Part shown: piece by piece, positions 45,062 through 54,948 of the stretch | How positions within the stretch are numbered: position 1 is the first letter of the stretch | How the letters are laid out: each line of letters starts with the position of its first letter | NCBI GenBank assembly: GCA_964419845.1 | Contig: CAYQRD010000005.1 | Span: forward strand, 24,175-88,174 | Direction of reading: 5' to 3' | DNA from: an uncultured Phycisphaeraceae bacterium | GTDB taxonomy: Bacteria; Planctomycetota; Phycisphaerae; Phycisphaerales; UBA1924 | Length of the DNA: 64,000 nucleotides | Translations under genes and position numbers: made by a program | Notes under the pieces: generated by a model | What the model saw: the letters and a program-made list of their open reading frames with translations, nothing else | Told to the model about the DNA's origin: nothing | Databases searched by the model: none

Positions 45062-45820
45062 TCAGCTCACGCTCGGCGAATCGCCGCCGGCGCTGTCGTT
45101 TGAAGCGGGCCCGTCAGGGGCCGATCCGACCGCGGGTGCTCCACGGTCGCCGCCGCCGCGTCCGCCGCGACCACCACCGCCGCCGCCTCGACCACCGCGA
45201 CCACCACGACCACCGCCACGACCGCCGCGGTCCTGGCCGATCGTGTTGACCGGTGCAGCCATCTTGACCGTGTTCTCATTGACCACGGGCATGAACTTGC
45301 TGCCACGCTCGATGCGATCCTCGATATCCGAGGTCGTGATATCAACACCACGCAACTCAGCGATCTGCTCGCGGGTGCGGAGCTTGCTCAGCCCGTCAAG
45401 GACAGCCTTGACCGTGTTGAGCTTGCTCGTGGATCCGGTGCACTTGGTGAGACAGTCCGAGATGCCAGCGATCTCCATGACAGCACGGACCGTGCCGCCG
45501 GCGACCACACCCGTACCGGGCGAGGCCGGCATCAGGCGGACCTGGCTCGCACATGCGCGTCCCTCGATCTCGTGAGGGAGTGTTGTGCCCGCCATCGGGA
45601 TCTTGATCAGCGACTGACGAGCGTGCTTCTGTGCCTTCTCGATCGCTGTGGGGACTTCGGGGGACTTGGCGTAGCCGTAGCCGACCTTGCCGCGTCGATC
45701 ACCCACGACCACCAGCGCACCGAAGCTGAAACGACGACCGCCCTTGACGGTTGCCGCGGTTCGGTAGATGCCGACGGTGTGTGATTCGAGATTCGTGCTT
45801 TCGTCGAGGATTTCAGCCAT
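45062..45820 (-). CDS. rpsE: 30S ribosomal protein S5, with an ~84-aa C-terminal tail containing RGG repeats
   Basis: VGIYRTAATVKGGRRFSFGALVVVGDRRGKVGYGYAKSPEVPTAIEKA is S5. The tail is ...DRGGRGGGRGGRGGRGGGGGGRGGRGGGDRGAPAVGSAPDGPASNDSAGGDSPSVS. Confidence 0.95.
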   Translation of the reverse strand: MAEILDESTNLESHTVGIYRTAATVKGGRRFSFGALVVVGDRRGKVGYGYAKSPEVPTAIEKAQKHARQSLIKIPMAGTTLPHEIEGRACASQVRLMPASPGTGVVAGGTVRAVMEIAGISDCLTKCTGSTSKLNTVKAVLDGLSKLRTREQIAELRGVDITTSDIEDRIERGSKFMPVVNENTVKMAAPVNTIGQDRGGRGGGRGGRGGRGGGGGGRGGRGGGDRGAPAVGSAPDGPASNDSAGGDSPSVS

Positions 45821-45848
45821 TGTTGCTGTCTCTTTCAGAATCGTTCGG

Positions 45849-46214
45849 TTAGAACTTCAGACCACCGTCGCGGGCCGCGTCGGCAAATGCCTTCACACGG
45901 CCGTGATATTTGAAACCGCCGCGATCGAACACCACCTCGGTGATCCCGGCTTCCTTCGCACGCTCGGCGAGCAGCTTGCCCACGGAGCCCGCGGCGTCAC
46001 AGTTGCCCGAGGCGCCATCCATCTTGACGCCCTTGTCCCGGCTCGAGGCGCTTACGAGCGTCTTGCCGGCCATGTCGTCGATGACCTGAGCGTAGATGTG
46101 GTTCAGCGAGCGGTAGATCGCCAGGCGGGGACGGACAGGGGTGCCCGAGACCCGCTTGCGGATACCGATGCGGCGGCGTCCACGGCGTGCATCTTTGAGT
46201 TTGTTCTTGTTCAT
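45849..46214 (-). CDS. rplR: 50S ribosomal protein L18
   Basis: [47 protein letters not shown]...[26 protein letters not shown] (121 aa). The ORF-track start at 46547 is an upstream extension. Confidence 0.95.
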   Translation of the reverse strand: MNKNKLKDARRGRRRIGIRKRVSGTPVRPRLAIYRSLNHIYAQVIDDMAGKTLVSASSRDKGVKMDGASGNCDAAGSVGKLLAERAKEAGITEVVFDRGGFKYHGRVKAFADAARDGGLKF

Positions 46215-46281
46215 CTTGATGACCTCGTGCGAGCCCTTGCAGCGGACTCGATGAATGCGTGCTTCCCGTTCCTTCGCCCGA

Positions 46282-46836
46282 TTACTTGCCGAACGCCTTA
46301 CCCTGCTTGCGCTGGATGACCTCGTCGAGGTACTTGATGCCCTTGCCGTTGTAGGGCTCGGGCTTACGCTTTGCACGGGTGGAAGCGGCGAAATGCCCCA
46401 CTGCCTGCTTGTCGGCACCGCTGATGGCGATGATCTGCTTCTCGGCGGTGACATTGAGACCCGTGGGGATCGGCATCTCGATGATGTTCGCGTAACCAAC
46501 CTTGAGCGCGAGCTTGTTGCCGTTGACCGAAGCGGTCCAACCAACACCGACCACCTGGAGCTTCTTCTCGTAGCCCTTGGTGACGCCCTCGATCATGTTG
46601 TTGATCAGCGAGCGGGTCGTGCCCCAGTAGGCACCGTTGCTGCGCTTGGCCGCGATGAGCTTGTCGTCCATATTGACGCTGATGCTCTTCTCGCCTTCGT
46701 CGTAGCTGACATCGACCTCTGGACGAAAGTCGTAGGACAGTGTTCCCTTGGGACCCTCGACCGAGATCGAGTTGCCCGCGAGGTTGACCTTGACATTGCC
46801 GGGTACTGAGATGGGTTTCTTACCGATTCGCGACAT
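46282..46836 (-). CDS. rplF: 50S ribosomal protein L6
   Basis: [33 protein letters not shown]...[11 protein letters not shown]. The start was set to ATG 46836. Confidence 0.96.
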   Translation of the reverse strand: MSRIGKKPISVPGNVKVNLAGNSISVEGPKGTLSYDFRPEVDVSYDEGEKSISVNMDDKLIAAKRSNGAYWGTTRSLINNMIEGVTKGYEKKLQVVGVGWTASVNGNKLALKVGYANIIEMPIPTGLNVTAEKQIIAISGADKQAVGHFAASTRAKRKPEPYNGKGIKYLDEVIQRKQGKAFGK

Positions 46837-46952
46837 GTCGCGTTCCTTTCCGATTGTCTTCGTCGTCCGGTGCGGTGCATCGCCCGCCGGGGATTCCAAT
46901 CGTGTGATCGGGCAGGTTTGGTTGCCCGTGGTTCATTCCTTCGTTCGGAGCA

Positions 46953-47351
46953 TCAGAGAACGGTGCAAAGGAGCTCGCCGCCGATGCCCTGGTCGCGGCA
47001 CTGACGATCGGAGAGCACACCCTTGCTCGTGGAGACCACCGAGATGCCCAGGCCCTGCATGGGTGCGGGGATCTCGCCGACCTTCTTGTAGACGCGGCAG
47101 CCGGGCTTGCTCATGCGCTTGATCTCGTGGATCAGCACCTCGCCGCGCGGGCCGTACTTGAGGTCGACATGGATCGTGCCCTGCTTGTTGTCTTCGACAA
47201 CTTCAAAGCCGTTGATGTAGCCCTCGGCCTGGAGCGCCGTGGCGACGCCGCGGCAGACCTTGTTATTGAGCACGACCACACTCTTCGAGCGGTTCCGCGT
47301 AGCGTTGCGGATGCGGGTGAGCATGTCTGCGACTGGATCACTGATCGACAT
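46953..47351 (-). CDS. rpsH: 30S ribosomal protein S8
   Basis: MSISDPVADMLTRIRNATRNRSKSV...VSTSKGVLSDRQCRDQGIGGELLCTVL. Confidence 0.97.
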   Translation of the reverse strand: MSISDPVADMLTRIRNATRNRSKSVVVLNNKVCRGVATALQAEGYINGFEVVEDNKQGTIHVDLKYGPRGEVLIHEIKRMSKPGCRVYKKVGEIPAPMQGLGISVVSTSKGVLSDRQCRDQGIGGELLCTVL

Positions 47352-47438
47352 AGGGACCTACCTTTGTCCTTGTGTACTCTGTCAGGCGGAAGCGCCTGTG
47401 TGTTTCGTTCTGCCTCGTGGCCTTTGGGATCTTGCGGC

Positions 47439-47624
47439 TTACCAGCTGGCCTTCCGCATGCCGGGGATCTTGCCCTCAAGCGCGAGCTTGCGGAGCATGA
47501 TGCGGCTGATCCGGAACTTGCGGTACACGCTGCGTGAGCGCCCCGTCAGTTCGCACCGACGAACGATGCGGGACGAGTACTTGGGTGTACGCTTGCTCTT
47601 GGCGACTTGTGCTTTGGTGGCCAT
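47439..47624 (-). CDS. rpsN: 30S ribosomal protein S14, short (61-aa, type Z length) form lacking the zinc-binding cysteines
   Basis: [61 protein letters not shown]. Only one Cys is present where the CxxC...CxxC motif would be. Confidence 0.95.
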   Translation of the reverse strand: MATKAQVAKSKRTPKYSSRIVRRCELTGRSRSVYRKFRISRIMLRKLALEGKIPGMRKASW

Positions 47625-47649
47625 GTGTGAATCTTTCCTTTTCGCCTAC

Positions 47650-48276
47650 TCAGTTCTTGCTCTTGGCGGGCTTCTTGAACGGCAGTCCCAACTCGGCGAG
47701 CACGAATCGGCTCAGCGCGGGGTTGGAGTTGCTGAAGCTGAAGTTGATGTTCATGCCGTGCGTGAAGTTCTGCTCGGCCATGTTGATCTCAGGGAAGACG
47801 CCCTGTTCGGTCAGCCCCATCGAGTAGCTGCCCTGGCGATCGAACGCCTTGTCGTTGAGACCACGGAAGTCCTTGATACGGGGCGTGGCCAGGTTGAAGA
47901 GGCGATCGACGAAGTGCCACATCTGGTCGCGACGGAGCGTGACTTTGAACGCGGTCTCGTAGCCCTCGCGAACCTTGAAGTTCGACACGCTCTTCTTGGC
48001 GACGATCGTTACGGGCTTCTGCCCCGAGATCGTTGTGAGCGTATGGATCACGGCCTCGCGGATGTTTGTCGGGATCTTGGTGCCATCGAGATGACGCCCA
48101 ACATTGACATTGATCGAGACCTTCTCAAGCTTGGGCATCGCCATGCGATTGGTGATCCCGAACTCACTGGTGATCTTGGGCAGGACTTCCTGCTCGAACT
48201 GTGCCTTCAGGCGCGGTGTGCTGGGCTTGGTCGCCTCATCGATCACGGCCTGGTCATACTGTGCTTTCTTCGCCAT
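47650..48276 (-). CDS. rplE: 50S ribosomal protein L5
   Basis: PKLEKVSINVNVG...GQKPVTIVAKKSVSNFKVREG...FRGLNDKAFDRQGSYSMGL; operon position. Confidence 0.96.
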   Translation of the reverse strand: MAKKAQYDQAVIDEATKPSTPRLKAQFEQEVLPKITSEFGITNRMAMPKLEKVSINVNVGRHLDGTKIPTNIREAVIHTLTTISGQKPVTIVAKKSVSNFKVREGYETAFKVTLRRDQMWHFVDRLFNLATPRIKDFRGLNDKAFDRQGSYSMGLTEQGVFPEINMAEQNFTHGMNINFSFSNSNPALSRFVLAELGLPFKKPAKSKN

Positions 48277-48371
48277 GGCTTTGCCTTCTTCCGGGCTCGG
48301 GACGGATGCCCCTTGTTTGTGTGCCCCCGGTTTCCATCCGGGCGGCGCCCTTTGCTTTCTTGCTCAGTGCC

Positions 48372-48707
48372 TCAGCTCTTGGAGCCGCGGATCTGTCCCA
48401 GCGACTTGCCGCCTCGGGCGGCCACGCGGGTCTTGGATCCATCCGACGCGGTCTCGAAACGAACCCGTGTGGGCTTGCCGTCAACGACGGGGCTCACATT
48501 CGAGATATGGATCGGCGCCTCGATGGTGACCTTGCCGCCCTGCGGGTTGAGCTGGGTACGACGCAGATGCTTTGTACGCAGGTTGACACCCTTGACGATG
48601 ACCTGGTCGGTCTTGGTGAGCACCCTGGTGATCTCACCGACGGCACCCTTGTTATCGCCCGAGGTCACCATGACCTGGTCGCCTTTACGAACATGCTTTG
48701 GCATCAC
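48372..48707 (-). CDS. rplX: 50S ribosomal protein L24
   Basis: [25 protein letters not shown] (KOW motif). The start overlaps the rplN stop (ATGA). Confidence 0.96.
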   Translation of the reverse strand: MMPKHVRKGDQVMVTSGDNKGAVGEITRVLTKTDQVIVKGVNLRTKHLRRTQLNPQGGKVTIEAPIHISNVSPVVDGKPTRVRFETASDGSKTRVAARGGKSLGQIRGSKS

Positions 48708-49090
48708 ACAACCTCCGGTGCAAGCGAGATGATCTTCATGTACTTGCGCTCACGCAGTTCGCGAGCGACCGGGCCGAAGATGCGGGTGCCCTTGGGGTTG
48801 CCGTCGTCGTTGATGAGCACGACCGCCGACGAATCGAACTTCACATACGACCCATCCTTGCGGCGGGTGTTGCGAGCGGTCCGGACGACCACGGCCTTGT
48901 ACATCTCACCTGACTTCACATCAGCCCCGGGCAGCGCCTTCTTGATGCTGACGAGAACCTTGTCACCCAGGTATGCTTGACGACGGGTCTGCCCATCGCG
49001 GCGGGTCGAACCGCCGTATACACGGATCACATAGGCGATCTTGCCGCCCGAGTTATCCGCAACTTCACATCTTGATTCTTGCTGGAGCAT
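48704..49090 (-). CDS. rplN: 50S ribosomal protein L14
   Basis: [17 protein letters not shown]...[28 protein letters not shown]. Confidence 0.97.
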   Translation of the reverse strand: MLQQESRCEVADNSGGKIAYVIRVYGGSTRRDGQTRRQAYLGDKVLVSIKKALPGADVKSGEMYKAVVVRTARNTRRKDGSYVKFDSSAVVLINDDGNPKGTRIFGPVARELRERKYMKIISLAPEVV

Positions 49091-49168
49091 CGCTTGCCCT
49101 GCCTTGTCTATCGCGTATCACGCGTGTGCATTCATCCGGTTCGCTCGAACAACTGGCCCACTACGGGG

Positions 49169-49435
49169 TCAGTCGCTGCGCTTCTCTACGATGCGGCTGA
49201 GCTTCCAGCTCTTGGTCTTGCTGATCGGGCGGCACTGCACGATCTCGACCACATCGCCCATCGCGGACTCGTTGTTCTCATCGTGAACATGCAGCACGGT
49301 GCGCCTGCTCACATACTTGCCGTACTTGGGGTGCTTTGACTTGTAGTGGATCACAACCTTGCGTGACTTATCACGCGCGTCGCTCTCGACCACACCAATC
49401 TTGGCACCCTTGTTTTCTGTCGCGGTATCGCTCAT
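49169..49435 (-). CDS. rpsQ: 30S ribosomal protein S17
   Basis: [64 protein letters not shown]. Confidence 0.96.
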   Translation of the reverse strand: MSDTATENKGAKIGVVESDARDKSRKVVIHYKSKHPKYGKYVSRRTVLHVHDENNESAMGDVVEIVQCRPISKTKSWKLSRIVEKRSD

Positions 49436-49460
49436 CGTGTACTCCTGACGGGAAACCCGT

Positions 49461-49652
49461 TCAGCTCGCGGCTCTCGCGGTTTGCTCGGTCAGCAGACGG
49501 GCGATGTCCTTGCGGATATTCCCGAACTGCGAGGTGTCCTCGATCTTCTCGCTCACGCTCTTGTTTCGCAGCGCCAGCAGCTTGCCACGAAGGTTGGCGA
49601 GCTCGACCGTGATCTCTTCGTCATTCAGCTTGCGTACTTCAGTACCGGTCAT
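49461..49652 (-). CDS. rpmC: 50S ribosomal protein L29
   Basis: 63 aa: [26 protein letters not shown]; operon position. Confidence 0.93.
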   Translation of the reverse strand: MTGTEVRKLNDEEITVELANLRGKLLALRNKSVSEKIEDTSQFGNIRKDIARLLTEQTARAAS

Positions 49653-49662
49653 CGTTCGCTCC

Positions 49663-50088
49663 TTACGCCTCGACCCGTCGGCCGACCATGCGGCACTTGA
49701 CAGGCATCTTCATCGCGACGCGGAAGAATGCTCCACGCGCACGCGCTTCGCTCACACCGGCCAACTCGTAAAGGATCGTTCCGGGACGCACGCGTGCCGC
49801 CCAGTAATCCACATCCGCCTTGCCCTTACCCATTCGGGTTTCAAGCGGCTTCTTCGAGATCGGCTTATCGGGGAACACGCGGATGAACAGCTTGCCCTCA
49901 CGCTTGAGGAAGTGCTGACAGGTCACGCGGCCGGCCTCGATGCAGTTGCTCTTGAGCCAGCAGGGCTCGAGCGCTTGCAGGCCGTACTCACCGAAGGCCA
50001 CATAGTTGCCCTTGGTCGCCTTGCGATCACGCACGCGACGGAACTCTTTGCGGTGCTTTACTCGCTTTGGAATCTTATAAGGAGGCAT
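49663..50088 (-). CDS. rplP: 50S ribosomal protein L16
   Basis: [17 protein letters not shown]...[25 protein letters not shown]. Confidence 0.97.
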   Translation of the reverse strand: MPPYKIPKRVKHRKEFRRVRDRKATKGNYVAFGEYGLQALEPCWLKSNCIEAGRVTCQHFLKREGKLFIRVFPDKPISKKPLETRMGKGKADVDYWAARVRPGTILYELAGVSEARARGAFFRVAMKMPVKCRMVGRRVEA

Positions 50089-50121
50089 CGTGCAATCCCT
50101 TCCGAATCAACTCGTGTTCGC

Positions 50122-50823
50122 TTAGCGACGACCGCGGGCACGGGCCTGGGCACCGGCAGCGTTCGACTGGTTCTCTTCTGCTTCGTTCGAGTACGGACCC
50201 TTGTAGATCCAAACCTTCACGCCGATAATGCCGTAGGTCGTCAGACTCTCTGCAAACCCATAATCAATGTTCGCCTGAAGCGTCGAGAGCGGGAGGGCAC
50301 CCAGACGGACATCCATGCGGCGCGACATTTCTGCACCGCCGAGACGACCCGAGATCTGGATCTTCACGCCCTTGGCTCCGGCCTGCATGACGGACTCGGT
50401 ACGCATCTTCACGACACGACGGAAACCCATCCGCTTCTTGAGCTGCTCGGCGACATTCTCTGCCACCAGCTGGGCGTCCATGTCGGGTTCGCGGATCTCG
50501 ATAATCGAGATCGAGACCTTGCGACCGGTCATGTACTGCAGCTCCTCGGTCATCCGATCAACCTCGGCACCCTTGGGTCCGATGACCAGGCCGGGGCGGG
50601 CAGTGCGGATGATGACCTTGAGCTCCTCACGGGTTCGCTCGATGTGGATGTCTGAAACAAACGCGTTCGGGGGCGTGCGGTTCAGGCGGTTATCGAGGTA
50701 CTTGCGGATCTTCTCGTCTTCGACCAGCAGCTCGCCGTAGAGCGCCTTGGGGGCGTACCAGCGGCTGCGATGGGCCTCAGTGATGCCGAGTCGGAATCCG
50801 AATGGGTGAGATTTCTGTCCCAT
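50122..50823 (-). CDS. rpsC: 30S ribosomal protein S3
   Basis: MGQKSHPFGFRLGITEAHRSRWYA...ARPGLVIGPKGAEVD...GRLGGAEMSR. Confidence 0.97.
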   Translation of the reverse strand: MGQKSHPFGFRLGITEAHRSRWYAPKALYGELLVEDEKIRKYLDNRLNRTPPNAFVSDIHIERTREELKVIIRTARPGLVIGPKGAEVDRMTEELQYMTGRKVSISIIEIREPDMDAQLVAENVAEQLKKRMGFRRVVKMRTESVMQAGAKGVKIQISGRLGGAEMSRRMDVRLGALPLSTLQANIDYGFAESLTTYGIIGVKVWIYKGPYSNEAEENQSNAAGAQARARGRR

Positions 50824-51368
50824 TAGTTACGCTCCTGCAGTGACAGAGTGATGTGGCTGGTCCGCTTGTGAATCGGGTGGGCACGGCCGCGGTCCTTTGG
50901 CTGGAATCGCTTGATGTGCATCCCACGATCCACAGTCACCTCGCTCACGAAGACGCTGCTGGGATCCGCGCCGAGCTGTTCTGCATCGGCGGCGGCTGCC
51001 TTGAGCGCCTTGTGGAAGTTGACCGCGGCTCGCTTGGTCGAGAACGCGAGCATGTTGCTCGCTTCCTCGAAACTCTTGCCACGGATCATGTCCGCGACAA
51101 GGATCGCCTTCTTGGGGCTACCGCGATGGTTACGGACCTGCGAGGTGAACTTCGCGATCTCTCGCGGCAGACACCCGACAGCGTTCGCCATCGATTCAAT
51201 ATCGGATCGGGTGCAGCGAGGCTGCGCCTTGCCGCCCATCCAGTTACGCACGGCCGCCAGGGCTTTATCGCCACTCAGGCCATCGCGGCTGACAGCATCG
51301 GCAAGCTGTTCTACGCTCACGCCCGTCTGTTCAGCACGAGTTTTCAGTTCTTTGGCTCGAAGTCGCAT
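50823..51368 (-). CDS. rplV: 50S ribosomal protein L22, with a ~70-aa N-terminal helix-turn-helix-like extension
   Basis: The canonical L22 core begins near residue 74: VRNHRGSPKKAILVADMIRGKSFEEASNMLAFSTKRAA...RGRAHPIHKRTSHITLSL. An RBS (GAAGGAAG) precedes ATG 51368, only 38 nt after the rpsS stop. Confidence 0.9.
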   Translation of the reverse strand: MRLRAKELKTRAEQTGVSVEQLADAVSRDGLSGDKALAAVRNWMGGKAQPRCTRSDIESMANAVGCLPREIAKFTSQVRNHRGSPKKAILVADMIRGKSFEEASNMLAFSTKRAAVNFHKALKAAAADAEQLGADPSSVFVSEVTVDRGMHIKRFQPKDRGRAHPIHKRTSHITLSLQERN

Positions 51369-51406
51369 GGCTTCTTCCTTCTACCTTTGTCGCAAAGCGG
51401 CTGAGA

Positions 51407-51691
51407 TCAGCGCCCCGACTTCAGGCCTTCCTTCTTGTTCGTGTGTCCGCGGAATGTACGCGTTGCCGCGAACTCTCCGAGCTTGTGTCCCACCATATCC
51501 TCGGTGATGAACACATCGATGAACGCACGCCCGTTGTGCACCTGCATCGTGTACCCGACAAACTCGGGAACAACCGTGCACGCACGAGCCCAGGTCTTGA
51601 TCGGGCGGTTCTCACCCATCTCGGCCTGCTTCATCACTTTCTTGTAAAGGCTCTCGACTACGTACGGGCCTTTTTTCAGACTGCGTCCCAT
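51407..51691 (-). CDS. rpsS: 30S ribosomal protein S19
   Basis: [19 protein letters not shown]...[36 protein letters not shown]. Confidence 0.97.
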   Translation of the reverse strand: MGRSLKKGPYVVESLYKKVMKQAEMGENRPIKTWARACTVVPEFVGYTMQVHNGRAFIDVFITEDMVGHKLGEFAATRTFRGHTNKKEGLKSGR

Positions 51692-51710
51692 GTGACTACT
51701 CCTAGAAGTC

Positions 51711-52568
51711 TTACTTCAGCTGCCCGTACCGCTTGCTCTTGCGGCGACGAATGATCAGATCCTGCGACGGCTTCTTGCGGTTACGGGTACCGCCGCCCTT
51801 GGCGAAGGTGCCCGACTTGCTCACCGGTGCACGGCCACCCTTGCTTCGACCGTCGCCACCACCCATCGGGTGGGCGTGGTGGCTCATGGCCACACCACGC
51901 GTCTTGGGACGACGACCCAAGTGGCGGCTGATGCCCGCCTTGCCCAAGCGACGGTTCTGGTGATCGGTGTTGCCGATCTGCCCGACAACCGCACGACAGT
52001 CGATCAGCACACGACGGGTTTCGCCCGAGGGCATGACCAGGGTTGCGTACTTGCCTTCCTTGTTCGTCAGACGAGCCGACGAACCCGCACTGCGGCAGAG
52101 CTTGCCACCCGCGCCGGGGAGCAGCTCGATGCAGTGAACATTCATACCCGCGGGGATGAATCGCAGAGGCATGATCGAACCGATCGTCGGCTCGATCGCC
52201 GAATCGCTCGATGCGAGCACGGTGTCGCCGTCCTTAAGCCCCTTGGGAGCCAGGATGTAGCGCTTCACGCCGTCGCTGTATTCGATCAATGCGATGTGGC
52301 AGCTGCGGTTGGGATCATACTCGATACCGAGCACGACACCTTCGATGCCATCACGATCGCGACGCTTGAAGTCGATCTGGCGGTACATGCGCTTGGCGCC
52401 GCCGCCACGACCACGAACCGTGATCTTGCCCTGATGATTACGACCGCCCTTTTTCGGGAGCGGTGAAAGCAGGCTCTTCTCCGGCGCGTTCTTGGTCACC
52501 TCTTCATTGAGGTTGACCGAAGCGTTCCGGCGGCCCGCACTTGTTGGTTTGTAGACACGGATGCCCAT
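51711..52568 (-). CDS. rplB: 50S ribosomal protein L2
   Basis: [15 protein letters not shown]...[17 protein letters not shown]...[10 protein letters not shown]. Confidence 0.97.
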   Translation of the reverse strand: MGIRVYKPTSAGRRNASVNLNEEVTKNAPEKSLLSPLPKKGGRNHQGKITVRGRGGGAKRMYRQIDFKRRDRDGIEGVVLGIEYDPNRSCHIALIEYSDGVKRYILAPKGLKDGDTVLASSDSAIEPTIGSIMPLRFIPAGMNVHCIELLPGAGGKLCRSAGSSARLTNKEGKYATLVMPSGETRRVLIDCRAVVGQIGNTDHQNRRLGKAGISRHLGRRPKTRGVAMSHHAHPMGGGDGRSKGGRAPVSKSGTFAKGGGTRNRKKPSQDLIIRRRKSKRYGQLK

Positions 52569-52598
52569 ATCTGCAGTCCTTTCTTATACGAACCGGGC

Positions 52599-52880
52599 TC
52601 AGAAGAGCTCGATGGCCTGACCTTCAGCGACCGTCACGGCCGCACGCTTCCAGCTGTTCTCAGCAACCTTCCCGTACTTGAAGCGACGCGAGCCGCCCTT
52701 GCGTACCTGGGTTGTGATCTTCGTCACCTTCACGCCGTAGGCTGCTTCAACAGCGGCCTTGATCTCGTCCTTGCTGACGCGACGATCGACCTCGAAGGTG
52801 TACACATTGTCCGATTCCATCTGCGCCGTGCTCTTCTCGGTCAAGAGCGGTTTGCGGAGGATGTAGTGCGGTTCAAGCAT
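52599..52880 (-). CDS. rplW: 50S ribosomal protein L23
   Basis: ILRKPLLTEKSTAQMESDNVYTFEVDRRVSKDEIKAAVEAAYGVKVTKI. Confidence 0.95.
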   Translation of the reverse strand: MLEPHYILRKPLLTEKSTAQMESDNVYTFEVDRRVSKDEIKAAVEAAYGVKVTKITTQVRKGGSRRFKYGKVAENSWKRAAVTVAEGQAIELF

Positions 52881-52883
52881 GAC

Positions 52884-53552
52884 TTACGCCTCCCCTGCAA
52901 CGGCTTTACCCGTGTGCGAACTGGGACCACTGAGCCAGGCCTCGAGATCGGCCTTGTCGATCACCAGATACCGGTTGTTGAGCATCTCGTACGCGTTGAG
53001 CTGATCCGCACGGCAGAGCTGGACGCCCTCCACATTGCGGGCACTCAGGCGGGCGTTCTTGCTCTTCTCGGCATCGCTCGAAAGAGCAACAAGCGAGGAG
53101 CGGTCGACCTTGAGGGCATCGAGGAACGCGACGAAGTCCTTGGTGCGCGGGGTCTCAAAGCTGAGACCGTCAACCACCCGCACCTCGTTGTCGAGAAGCT
53201 TGGCCAGGAATGCGTTCCGATTCGCCTTGCGACGCATCTTCTTGGGCATGCTCTGGTGGTAGTCTTCACGCGTGCGGGTCTTCTGCTTGGCATGACCGCC
53301 ACCGCGCATGGTGTTCGAGCCCTTGTCGCCGTGACGCGCACGACCGGTACCCTTTTGCTTGTACATCTTCTTGCCGGTGTACGCCACAACCTTGCGGTTC
53401 TTGGTGCGTGACGAACCCTGGCGGCGGTTCGCGTGATACATCACGAACGCCTGCTTGAGAAGATCTGCGTTGACTGTCTCGCCGAGCGCGATCTCATCCA
53501 CTGACATCGTGCCAGCAGCAGCGCCGCTCATTGAATAGACGGGGACATCCAT
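52884..53552 (-). CDS. rplD: 50S ribosomal protein L4
   Basis: 222 aa: HANRRQGSSRTKNRKVVAYTGKKMYKQKGTGRARHGDKGSNTMRGGG; operon position. Confidence 0.96.
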   Translation of the reverse strand: MDVPVYSMSGAAAGTMSVDEIALGETVNADLLKQAFVMYHANRRQGSSRTKNRKVVAYTGKKMYKQKGTGRARHGDKGSNTMRGGGHAKQKTRTREDYHQSMPKKMRRKANRNAFLAKLLDNEVRVVDGLSFETPRTKDFVAFLDALKVDRSSLVALSSDAEKSKNARLSARNVEGVQLCRADQLNAYEMLNNRYLVIDKADLEAWLSGPSSHTGKAVAGEA

Positions 53553-53811
53553 AGGTCTTTACCTCGCCTTACGCCTCTCGGACCACCCGGGAACAAATGC
53601 TCCCGGCCCAATACGCCTTGCCCGGCGCCGGATATCGCTCTTTCGAGCCACCGCGTTGCGGTGTCCGGTCACTCAAGCTCGACTCGGCATTGTGATCCCG
53701 GCAAACCGCCGGGGACAATGACTAGTTCTTTTCGGTGGTTTCGATCGCTCGACCTTCCGAACCTCTGAGCGGGGATTATTGACCGCCCAGTTCCATCAAT
53801 CAACCAAACGC

Positions 53812-54501
53812 TCAGGCTTTTGATGCCTTTGAGCGATAAAGCCGTGTCGCGGGACGAACCTCGACCCACGCGTTGTTGTGCCCGGGGACCGGACCCTTGA
53901 CCAGAAGCAGATTATTGTCGGCATCAACCCGAACAACATCCAGCGATCGGACCGTGATCCGGGTGTTACCCAGGTGGCCCGACATCTTCTTGCCCTTCTT
54001 GATCCGACCAGCCTTACCAGCGTTATTGGCGTGGCCACCGATCGAACCTGGCGAACGATGCTTCCGCTCCACGCCGTGCGACGCCAACTGGCCCTTGAAG
54101 CCCCACTTCTTCATACCGCCCTGAAAACCCTTGCCCTTGCAGGTACCGATCACATCAACAAACTTGATCGAATCAAACTCGCTCACGCTCAGCGTCTGTC
54201 CAAGCTCCCAGTTCGATTCCGAGCCCTCTTCAACCCGGAACTCGGCGTGGTGACGACGCGGGGCAACCCCGGCCTTTGCATCGTGCCCGATCAATGGCAT
54301 TGTGGAGTTGCGGGCCTTGATATCGCCGGCACCGATCTGCACGGCGCTGTAGCCATCGGTTTCAGGCGTGCGGATCTGAGTCACCGTGTTGGGATCGATT
54401 TTGATGACCGTGACGGGCAGCGATGTGCCGTCTTCGGTGTAGACGCGGGTCATTCCGATTTTCTGTCCGAGAAGGTGGGCTGATTTGCTGGGAGCTGTCA
54501 T
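53812..54501 (-). CDS. rplC: 50S ribosomal protein L3
   Basis: LLGQKIGMTRVYTEDGTSLPVTVI...GKGFQGGMKKWGFKGQLASHG. The start was set to ATG 54501; the ORF-track start at 54558 is an upstream extension. Confidence 0.95.
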   Translation of the reverse strand: MTAPSKSAHLLGQKIGMTRVYTEDGTSLPVTVIKIDPNTVTQIRTPETDGYSAVQIGAGDIKARNSTMPLIGHDAKAGVAPRRHHAEFRVEEGSESNWELGQTLSVSEFDSIKFVDVIGTCKGKGFQGGMKKWGFKGQLASHGVERKHRSPGSIGGHANNAGKAGRIKKGKKMSGHLGNTRITVRSLDVVRVDADNNLLLVKGPVPGHNNAWVEVRPATRLYRSKASKA

Positions 54502-54639
54502 GTCGTCATCCTCATCCCCACTTCGGGTGGGAACCGCTTCGTGCCATCCTGTTTCCAAGGGCAGAGGAAGTCTTGTCAGGGTGTGATACCTACGAAAACA
54601 GGCCCGCCCATCCGGGCAGACCTGGTGCAGTCGTTTGTG

Positions 54640-54948
54640 TTATGCCTTGATCTTCACGAAGACGCCGGCGGGCACGACGAGGCGGTTGAGGGCCTCGACG
54701 GTGCGGTTGTTGGGCTCATGGATATCGATGATGCGTTTGTGGGTGCGGATCTCGAACTGCTCACGCGATTTCTTATCGATGAACGGGCCACGAAGAACCG
54801 TGTAACGCTCGATACGGGTCGGCAGGGGCACGGGGCCCTTGACCTTGGCATTGGTGCGTTTGGCGTGGTCCACAATGTCCCGAGCCGAAGCGTCGAGTGC
54901 AATATGGTCATAAGCTTCCATACGGATTCGGATACGATTGATCGACAT
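54640..54948 (-). CDS. rpsJ: 30S ribosomal protein S10
   Basis: [76 protein letters not shown] (102 aa). The start was set to ATG 54948. Confidence 0.96.
   Translation of the reverse strand: MSINRIRIRMEAYDHIALDASARDIVDHAKRTNAKVKGPVPLPTRIERYTVLRGPFIDKKSREQFEIRTHKRIIDIHEPNNRTVEALNRLVVPAGVFVKIKA

Noticed and set aside
45130-45235. GC-rich near-periodic DNA (CCGCCG/CGACCA units) that could look like a repeat array
   Set aside because: It is the coding sequence of the RGG tail of S5, with no spacer/repeat organisation. It is not a CRISPR or a non-coding repeat.
47239-48732. 497-aa plus-strand ORF spanning several ribosomal protein genes
   Set aside because: It is antisense to rpsH, rpsN, rplE and rplX and has no family resemblance. 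High-GC artefact.
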